The notes under the pieces were generated by a model that was given only the letters and a program-made list of their open reading frames with translations, was not told the origin of the DNA and ran no database searches. Source: Octopus sinensis (taxonomy: Eukaryota). Taken from it: DNA of 11,863 nt. The translations under genes were made by a program, and so were the position numbers. The stretch spans positions 1 through 11,863 of the forward strand of contig NW_021826851.1 of the NCBI RefSeq assembly GCF_006345805.1, read 5' to 3'. Shown piece by piece: positions 1 through 7,460 of the stretch. How positions within the stretch are numbered: position 1 is the stretch's first letter; every line of letters begins with the position of its first letter.

Positions 1-30
1 TTGTTTCACATTTATGTGTTTACTCCGCGT

Positions 31-119
31 AATATATATTATATATATATATCTATATATATATATTATTATATATATATATATATATATATATACATAC
101 ATACATATATGTGTGTGTG
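31..119. repeat. Compound (TA)n/(TACA)n/(TG)n microsatellite
   Basis: Read directly from the sequence. Confidence 0.95.
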
Positions 120-120
120 G

Positions 121-265
121 AGCATTTTCCAGTGTCCGACTACCAAGATCATAAGGCCTGGACTATAATAGAATTAGAAGACACTTGCCGAAAGTGCCAC
201 ACAGTAGGATTGAACCCGAGATCACATGGTTAGCAAGCTAGATACTTGACCAAACAACTGCGCCT
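121..265 (-). mobile_element. Degenerate 5' part of tRNA-derived SINE, family 1
   Basis: The minus strand reads ...AACCATGTGATCTCGGGTTCAATCCTACTGTGTGGCACTTTCGGCAAGTGTCTTCTA..., which aligns with the copies at 4998-5408 and 11034-11510. Contains a B-box-like GGTTCAATCC. Confidence 0.85.
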
Positions 266-382
266 CTGACTATTGGATAAACGTTTTGATAATTCCAATA
301 TCCAAACATATCATACGTTCATATGAGGTCTGTTGTAGCATCTACGCCATGTTTGATCTGAACTAACGTCAGTGGGACATAC

Positions 383-466
383 ATTCACTCTCGTATCGCT
401 TCCATCTCTGTATGTTGGAGGTTTTTGGTGCTGAATTCACAAGAGGGAATTGGTATGGACTCGATC
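383..466 (-). CDS. Candidate 84-nt internal coding exon (phase 1-1) of an unidentified gene
   Basis: Minus-strand acceptor CTTTTCTTATCTATCATTCCAG|G and donor AAT|GTATGT. One frame is open: SSPYQFPLVNSAPKTSNIQRWKRYESE. No partner coding exon was found in the window. Confidence 0.3.
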
Positions 467-580
467 CTGGAATGATAGATAAGAAAAGTATAAAGTGCAT
501 TTAGTAACGGAATATTTATCTCTGTTGCAACCCAGGGGGATAAAACACTGTGTACCCGGGACAGAGAGGAAATATTAGTA

Positions 581-662
581 GGCGGTGCGATTCGGTGTGG
601 TGTGTTGCGCCGTGCTGCGGTACGGCGCGGCGGTGGTTGTGGTGGTGGTGGTGGTGGTGGTG
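581..662. repeat. Degenerate (GCGGT)n pentamer tract followed by (GGT)n
   Basis: gcggt gcgat tcggt gtggt gtgtt gcgcc gtgct gcggt acggc gcggc, then ggtggt repeats. Confidence 0.8.
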
Positions 663-1009
663 TCGAAATGGTGTGAAAGACAATAATTACGACGAATTCT
701 AGAGCGAGACAATGTCTGTGTCCAATTCAGAGATATATCGGGTGGGTGGGTGCTAAGAAGATATGGAGCAAGAGATAAGGAGTGAAGCCAGCAGTCTGGC
801 CCACATCTCGGCAAGGTAGGGGTGAAGGGTTTCGCTGTGAAACTGTGTACAACTTGTTTACCTAGCGACGTTGTTTCTATTACTTTACTAAAGCTCTCTG
901 TTTACATGCTAACACATCTTATCAACTGTCTTCATCAGTATGCTGGCTCTGTTTTGGCTCGATTCAGTTTCATGATCTAAAACGGTGATAGCTTTCAGAA
1001 AGATAAATA

Positions 1010-1224
1010 TACACACGGACACATAGACACACACACACACACATGCATACAGGCACTTAGCGCGCACATACACACTTACGAACATATACATACGTAGCTA
1101 AAGAGATACATACACGCACACACATATTCAGTTTTGTTAGTTATGTATATTGAGAATGAGGGGTGGTGTCAATATCTGGATGTGCCTGGATGCCTGTCAG
1201 TACTTGCGTGTGTTTGACGATGCA

Positions 1225-1256
<32 letters not shown>

Positions 1257-1504
1257 GAGTGTATATAAATAACTATAGCTATACAAACGTATATTTAAAA
1301 CATATTTATAAATAGACATACATAAGCGAATGATTATAGTGCTTGTTGCATATATATGTGTGTGTAATGTATATATATATGAAATATGAAAAAAATAAAT
1401 TGTCGTGTACAGTGTTGAGGTGCACTACAGTATATATATACATATATAATTATATATTATATATTGTATATCATATATTATCTACCCGTATGTATATACA
1501 TGTG

Positions 1505-1543
<39 letters not shown>

Positions 1544-1697
1544 ATATGTGTACGTGCTTGTTCCTGCATGCAGCTAAACAGATGAAGCGTTGGTGTATTT
1601 AAAGTTTAAGAAGTGCATTTGTAGAAATCAGATAAATAGCCATGCATGGACACGCATTGATGTGTGTGTCTATGTGTGTGCATATTTGTATATATGT

Positions 1698-1769
<72 letters not shown>

Positions 1770-1820
1770 GTATATATTACATATAAATATATGCATATAT
1801 ATCTATGTATATATATATAG

Positions 1821-1864
<44 letters not shown>

Positions 1865-1875
1865 TATATATCTAT
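1010..1875. repeat. Low-complexity region of (CA)n, (TG)n and (TA)n microsatellites with short spacers
   Basis: Pure TG tracts at about 1229-1256, 1501-1540 and 1699-1732; TA tract at about 1732-1870. Confidence 0.9.
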
Positions 1876-1895
1876 ATTAACTGTATATAAAATGC

Positions 1896-2037
1896 ATCAT
1901 AATGATATTTATTCTCCGATTTTTTAAATATAAACAAATGACCGCAGATTCACGAGGAGCCATGAAAGCATCGATTTGTGAGTTCGATTCATCCTGAGGT
2001 TATTTGTTTAAAATCGGAAAATAAATATCATTATGAT
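1896..2037. mobile_element. Small MITE-like element with imperfect ~45-bp terminal inverted repeats
   Basis: ATCATAATGATATTTATTCTCCGATTTT..AAACAAATGACC pairs with GGTTATTTGTTTAAAATCGGAAAATAAATATCATTATGAT. Confidence 0.6.
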
Positions 2038-2071
2038 AGATATTATATATAGTTATTGTACAGTTATTATA

Positions 2072-2135
2072 CAATGAGCCTTCCATAGTAGCTTTCTCTC
2101 CGCAACTCGCAAAGCCTTTCGGGTTTGATTATAAA
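2072..2135 (-). mobile_element. Possible highly decayed SINE family 1 fragment
   Basis: gagccttccatag...actcgcaaagcc weakly resembles ggacttctttcag...actcacaaggct at 5264-5306. Confidence 0.3.
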
Positions 2136-2154
2136 CAATTATTATTTAAGTAGT

Positions 2155-2162
2155 ATATATAT

Positions 2163-2231
<69 letters not shown>
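2155..2231. repeat. (TA)n microsatellite
   Basis: Read directly from the sequence. Confidence 0.95.
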
Positions 2232-2286
2232 AAAGAAATTACTGCGCAAATGTCAATACGAAGAGTAGTCCAACCAATGAAAGTTC

Positions 2287-2358
2287 AATATTACTGAACG
2301 TTTCACCTACAGATACTTAGCACGATAATTACATATAGGTGAAACGTTCAGTAATATT
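2287..2358. repeat. Perfect 23-bp inverted repeat with 26-nt spacer
   Basis: AATATTACTGAACGTTTCACCTA (2287-2309) and TAGGTGAAACGTTCAGTAATATT (2336-2358). Confidence 0.95.
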
Positions 2359-2419
2359 TTATATATATATATATATATATATACTTGTATGTATTATGCA
2401 TACACATATGTGTTATATA

Positions 2420-2968
2420 CGAAGGTGAGTTAAAAAGTAATGCCATTTTGTTTAAGACAAGTATAATCACCAACACAGGAACTTGTATCATACATCAAAA
2501 TGAAGCTGGTCCTCTGTGGATCACATCCATACTTCTCAACATAGTCACCGTTTCTCTCAATAGCAATGTTCCACCTTTGAATGAGAGCATGTATCTCTGC
2601 CCCGTGAAATTCTGTTGGCTGTCCTTTGAGCCACTTCTTCACTACAGTTTTCACTTACTTGTCACTGGAATAATGTTTGCCTCTCAAACCCTCTTTCATG
2701 GGGCCGAAGATATGATAGTCCAGTGACGAGGAAGTGAAAACTGTAGTGAAGAAGTGGCACAAACAACAGCCAACAGAATTTCACGGGGCAGGGATACGTG
2801 CTGTCTTTCGAAGGTGGAACATTGGTATTGAGAGAAACGGTGACTATGTTGAGAAGTAGGGATGTGATCCACAGAGGACCAGCTTCATTTTGGTGTATGA
2901 TACATGTTCCTGTGTTGGTAATTATACCTGTTCTAAATAAAATGGCATTACCTTTTGACTCACCCTCA
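2420..2968. mobile_element. Non-autonomous mariner-derived fold-back element (250-bp inverted arms, TA target-site duplication)
   Basis: Arms 2420-2669 and 2719-2968 align ungapped, with about 23 mismatches by hand count. TA flanks both ends. Termini resemble mariner CGAGGGTGAGTCAAAAAGTAA-type TIRs. Confidence 0.92.
2530..2719 (-). pseudogene. Mariner (DD34D-type) transposase C-terminal remnant
   Basis: Translates as DYHIFGPMKEGLRGKHYSSDK*VKTVVKKWLKGQPTEFHGAEIHALIQRWNIAIERNGDYVEK. This matches the mariner (YSPDLAPS)DYHLF motif carrying the third catalytic Asp and the C-terminal RW...NGDY motif. One in-frame stop. Confidence 0.88.
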
Positions 2969-2973
2969 TATAA

Positions 2974-3373
2974 TGTAAATAAGTAACAAGGATGTCCAGG
3001 TACCAATATATTACAGCCGTTTCGATCAATGAAAATATTACGTCAATTTGAAAGAAACCGCTCTTATTAGTTGTAGATGACCATATAAATTTCCAACAAA
3101 AAGGATAAATAATTTTTAACAAATTTATATCAATACCAAAACCAAAATAATTATATTACTTCCTTATGTTTTATTTGTGGCAGTATTGGTTTAAATATGT
3201 TTTAAATGGTTTGTCCTTCATGTTGGAAATCTATATGGTCATCGCGTAGTGAGAAGAGCGGTTTCTTTCAAATTAATGTAATGTTTTCGTTGATCGAAAA
3301 CATTACATGCAGCCCCTCGAAACGGCCGTAATGTATTTATACCTGGACATCCTTCTTACTTATTTACACTCTG
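2974..3373. mobile_element. ~400-bp palindromic MITE (possibly Tc1/mariner-type)
   Basis: TGTAAATAAGTAACAAGGATGTCCAGGTA pairs with TACCTGGACATCCTTCTTACTTATTTACA. Complementarity continues inward (AATTTGAAAGAAACCGCTCTT, GATGACCATATA, ATTTCCAACA) for more than 150 bp. The right end reads CAGAGTGT on the minus strand. Confidence 0.8.
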
Positions 3374-4437
3374 TTCAACTAACTTGGAGCTGTGCAGACT
3401 ATACCGAACTGGCAAGGTACCGCAATTCAAGTACCTAATTCAACTGAATCTTAATTATATATATTTAGCAGATATATATACATACATACATACATACATA
3501 CATACACACCGGTTTTCCACATTACTGTCCACCAGAGTCATTGATGAGATATAAGTGAAGTCAAAACAGGGCTCCAGAACGACTTATTACCCGAATAGCC
3601 AGGCTATTTGTGAGTGTGGTATGTGTGTGTGTGTGTGCGTGTGTATATGTGTGTGTGTGTTCTGGTTATAATGCGTATAACATTAAACTACATCCGATGG
3701 GACACTGGTTCATCTCGCTGCAGCCTGTCACTAAGTACTAATCGCGGACACCCAGTGAGCGATACACTTTGGTATGGTACAAGAGTTTATCACGATAATC
3801 CAATGAGGCACACAAGCCCCTTATGCTGTTCTCATTTGTAATTTAAACTAAAGAAGGTCCTGTGGCGATAAAAGAATGACTATGTTTGCAAACCTAACCA
3901 CCTGGAAGCGTTGAGTTATAACTTTTGCCTGTCACCTAGTCTCCAAATCATGCAGATCTACAATGGACTGAATAGTCACCTTGACCATTCAGGTATAAAA
4001 CAGGACTGCTTACCGTAAAGGTGAGCACAGAAAAGATAGAATTATAAATAGGAAATAGAAATCTATTTCACTGGAAAATAATATTATTATCTATATCTTT
4101 TATATAAACTTATTCACTGATCTCGGTTTTGTTTATAGCTGGGGCCATTGGCTGAGTATTACTGGCTTTGATGTAGCGGGTATTCTAAATTTAGTCTGTT
4201 ATTTAAACCTAACTGACGAGAACCAACCATTTTTCCGATAACAAACGTAGTCCAAGAAGTTCCTAACTCGAGTACCAGGTTGTCCATTTCTCTGGTGTTC
4301 TTCCTAGAGGTAAGATAATAAATGTTTCTATTCGCCGCCCGCACACATCTTTGCCTCTATGTATTCAGTGAAGCTTTATTTTGCATCGAATGGTTATTTC
4401 CAGCAAAAATTGGTACCTTGTTGTGCCACTATTTTCT

Positions 4438-4600
4438 AGTTGAAATTTACGGAAAAACAAAAGACGAGGACAGGTGTGTAAACAACAAACAGGTGTATTA
4501 GTTTGACGTTCGGGAAAGTGAGAGTCTTTTACGTTTCGAGCCTACGCTCTTCGACAGAAAGGAACACAAGAAAATAAACAGAGAGATAAAAAAAACTTTT
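4438..4600 (-). mobile_element. Short repeat resembling a Penelope-like element terminal region (boundaries approximate)
   Basis: Carries a minimal hammerhead-like motif preceded by a pyrimidine-rich tract on the minus strand. No RT or GIY-YIG coding sequence was seen. Confidence 0.55.
4526..4561 (-). ncRNA. Minimal type-I hammerhead ribozyme-like motif with variant core
   Basis: Minus strand: CUUU-CUGUCGAA-GAGC(GUAG)GCUC-GAAA-CG-UA-AAAG. Stem I is CUUU/AAAG, stem II is GAGC/GCUC, stem III is reduced to the palindrome ACGU, and the putative cleavage triplet is GUA. Confidence 0.6.
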
Positions 4601-4662
4601 GGAAACAGAGTACGAAAAAACAGATTAAGAAAAAACAGAAAGTTCAAAACAGTTAAAATATT

Positions 4663-4664
<2 letters not shown>

Positions 4665-4701
<37 letters not shown>

Positions 4702-4768
4702 TATATCTATATATATTAATATTATATATTATATATATATGATGTATATATGATATTATATATATATG

Positions 4769-4805
<37 letters not shown>

Positions 4806-4849
4806 TATATATATAGATGTTATCGATGTATATATATATATAATATATG

Positions 4850-4882
<33 letters not shown>

Positions 4883-4997
4883 GTATATATATATTAATGT
4901 ATATATATGTATGTATATGTATACATAAATATATGTATGTATGCATATGTATGTGTGTATATATGTATACTTATGCATGTATTTCTATATATATATA
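4665..4997. repeat. Long degenerate (TA)n/(TATG)n microsatellite
   Basis: Read directly from the sequence. Confidence 0.95.
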
Positions 4998-5206
4998 TTC
5001 CTTTATTCTTTTACTCGTTTCGGTCATTTGACTGCGGCCATGCTGCAGCACTGCCTTTAGTCGGACAAATCGACCCCAGGACCGGTTCCTTGTAACCTAG
5101 TACTTATTCTATCAGTCTCTTTGGCCGAACTGCTAGGTTACGGGGACGTAAGCACACCAGCATCGGATGTCAAGCGATGTAACGGGGGACAAACACAGAC
5201 ATTCAA

Positions 5207-5251
<45 letters not shown>

Positions 5252-5408
5252 CATATATACGACGGACTTCTTTCAGTTTCCGTCTACCAAATCCACTCAC
5301 AAGGCTTTGGTCGGCTGGAGGCTTAAGTAGAAGACACTTGCCCAAGGTGCCACGCAGTGGGACTGAACCCGGAACCATGTGGTTTGTAAGCAAGCTAGTT
5401 ACCATACT
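4998..5408 (-). mobile_element. Near full-length tRNA-derived SINE, family 1, with internal microsatellite
   Basis: Minus-strand head TGGTAACTAGCTTGCTTACAAACCACATGGTTCCGGGTTCAGTCCCACTGCGTGGCACCTTGGGCAAGTGTCTTCTA, internal TA/TG tract at 5209-5260, and A-rich tail GTAAAAGAATAAAG. Homologous to 11034-11510. Confidence 0.92.
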
Positions 5409-5542
5409 ATATATATGTGTGTGCGTGTTTGTGTGTGTATGTGTGAGTATATATATGTGTATATATATGTATGTATGTATATGTATACATATATATATGT
5501 ATGTATATGTATGTGTACATATGTATGCATGTTATATATATA
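5408..5542. repeat. (TA)/(TG)/(TATG) microsatellite
   Basis: Read directly from the sequence. Confidence 0.9.
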
Positions 5543-5748
5543 AAAATTCCTGTTTATTTTATGTTCAGTTGTATAATAACAATCTTACATTTATCTGATG
5601 GGTTACACTGTACTTTTGTAGAGTACAAATTTATTATTCCTTTGGTAAACAGCAGGAGTGCGCTAGAAAATTAAAACTTTGTGCACATGCACAGCAGAGT
5701 TGAAGGTCAACTTTTGCCCAGCGGCTTCACTCTGTGTGCTTTAGCTTC

Positions 5749-5762
5749 GTTACTATGGCAAC
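5749..5762. promoter_or_regulatory. RFX X-box motif
   Basis: GTTACTATGGCAAC fits the 14-bp X-box consensus GTHNYY-AT-RRNAAC and lies in a non-repetitive island. Confidence 0.45.
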
Positions 5763-5799
5763 AATCCAGATACTTATTGATCAGACCTCGAATATGTGG

Positions 5800-5962
5800 T
5801 GTATATATTATATATATATGTATGTGTGTATGTATGTATATATGTATATATCATGTACGTATATATGTACGTATGTATGTACGTATATATGTACGTATGT
5901 ATGTACCTATATATATGTATGTGTGTAAGTATATATATGAATATCTACGTGTACATGCGTTT

Positions 5963-6030
<68 letters not shown>

Positions 6031-6115
6031 AACAGAGAGAAAGTGAGCGAGAGACAGACAGACAGATAGAAAGACAGACAGACAGACAGACAGGCAGACA
6101 GACAAGCGGTCAGAC
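5800..6115. repeat. Compound microsatellite: TA/TATG, 12-bp GTACGTAT(A/G)TAT units, (GA)n, (GACA)n
   Basis: 12-mer units at about 5855-5912, (GA)n at about 5999-6027, and (GACA)n at about 6053-6104. Confidence 0.9.
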
Positions 6116-6883
6116 ACAAATAAAAATTATATTTTAAAAACTTTTCAGCATTCCAAGAAAATTTTCCTCCCCTCAGACAGAATCTAAATTTTTGCTTTAA
6201 TTAAAAGACACTTGTAAGAGTTCTTAATCTAACAGTATTACTGTTGCTTACAAGAGACTACTGATACTGTGTACAATTCCATTAATTTACTAAGATAATC
6301 AAATCAGTACAAAGTTAGACATAGACGCAGCCAGGAATGTTTAACTTTACAAATAACTTATATCACATTTAAGGATCACACGTAAAATTATCTTAATAAC
6401 AGATCTTGTATGTTTATAAATCCAAGCAAAAAGCTTGGTAGATATGCTGCATTATAGCATCTTATGGGGTAATATACTTATAAATCAAAGAACCAGCGAT
6501 CTATCAGTACGGAATAACAGGTTTTCTGAAGGGGACGGCGGTATTCTGTTGGTGTAATAGTATTAATAATTAGGATGTTCATTAATAACTCACTCTGATA
6601 TCATTGAATTTTATCCGTTGATTAAATTTGGTGATAGAAACTTAGGCAGAGTTAATTTCTTAGCTATCACCTTACATATGAAAAAAACAAAAAAAGAAGA
6701 AAAACAGAGCCAACCACTTAGGAAACTAAATGAAACTTGCAGCGTCCACGTGACTGATTCAAGCCATCCGGCTAACAGTAATCATCGTTTAGCAAGGCCC
6801 TTATTATAACAAGGTTATAAGTATATTGAGGGAATCCCTTAAGTTATTAAAACGCAATGTCATTAAGGACGGGAGTAAGTGCA

Positions 6884-6885
<2 letters not shown>

Positions 6886-6960
<75 letters not shown>
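6886..6960. repeat. (AAT)25 microsatellite, left flank of the retroelement array
   Basis: 75-nt perfect tract. Confidence 0.97.
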
Positions 6961-6961
<1 letters not shown>

Positions 6962-7439
6962 TTTGTCTTGGTATAAAAGATGGGCTACAGCAAATATTCT
7001 GCTCAATACCACAGATTTGCTTGTCAGTTGTTTGACCTTAACCAGTTGAGCATGTCCCTTAGTGGCTGACAATATGTGCATCTCTGATCACGAGCAGAAG
7101 TAGTGGGGGAGCATCATAGCCATGTGTTGAGAAGGATTCTTTGGGGTTTGAATAATACACCTCTGGAAACATGGGTGTTTCGTTCAACGTCCTTAAACAA
7201 CTCTTATTCAGGGACCTTTTGAGCGGGATGGGTTACTCGATCTGAAGAAAATTCTAGCTGGGCTCCACCTGCAAGGTCATGTGCTGTTTATCTTGATATG
7301 AGATCACCATGTCGCGCACATATGGTTGTGATGCGTGTGCCTGGTGTACCCTTATCAGACGGGTAGCATGATGGGTATATTGGCTTCGTATATATTTTAC
7401 CCCAGTGTCACTTTGATGGCATGCTCTGCTCGCTCACTC
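6961..7439 (+). mobile_element. Non-coding ~480-bp insert in (AAT)n; probably the 3' UTR or a non-autonomous derivative of a TAA-targeting retroelement
   Basis: Bounded precisely by (AAT)25 and (AAT)7, more GC-rich than its flanks, no recognisable ORF, several stem-loops. Orientation is inferred from the neighbouring elements. Confidence 0.65.
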
Positions 7440-7460
7440 AATAATAATAATAATAATAAT

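Noticed and set aside
380-412. QRWKRYESEC resemblance to the class B GPCR N-terminal helix
   Set aside because: Only about 10 residues; the frame stops shortly after the Cys and no other receptor exons are visible.
607-628. GC hairpin as a Helitron 3' end or intrinsic terminator
   Set aside because: No CTRR terminus or U-tract at the expected distance; the context is eukaryotic.
860-945. Minus-strand CTGATGA...GAAACAACGTC as a hammerhead
   Set aside because: Stem II does not close and stem I needs a 3-nt bulge next to the core.
862-976. Minus-strand segment with TTTTAG acceptor and GTAAAC donor
   Set aside because: Stops in all three frames; it cannot splice in frame to the 383-466 candidate exon.
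575-1890. ORFs rich in VC/YI/HT/T repeats (also at 4722-6046, 6826-7081, 9358-9704 and 11198-11395)
   Set aside because: These are translations of stop-free microsatellite frames, not proteins.
2385-3006. 113-aa and 114-aa paralogous ORFs on opposite strands
   Set aside because: Antisense readings of the two arms of the mariner palindrome.
3303-3335. TTACAT...GAAACGGCCGTA-ATGTA as a hammerhead
   Set aside because: No CUGANGA-like box lies between stem I and GAAA; better explained by MITE subterminal repeats.
3700-3770. Hairpin CTCGCTG...CAGTGAG as an H/ACA snoRNA
   Set aside because: No ANANNA hinge and no second hairpin with an ACA box.
6120-6880. Unique AT-rich stretch with CACGTG E-box, possible minus-strand acceptor near 6547 and a 63-aa ORF
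   Set aside because: Signals are short and isolated, and the ORF has no recognisable motif.
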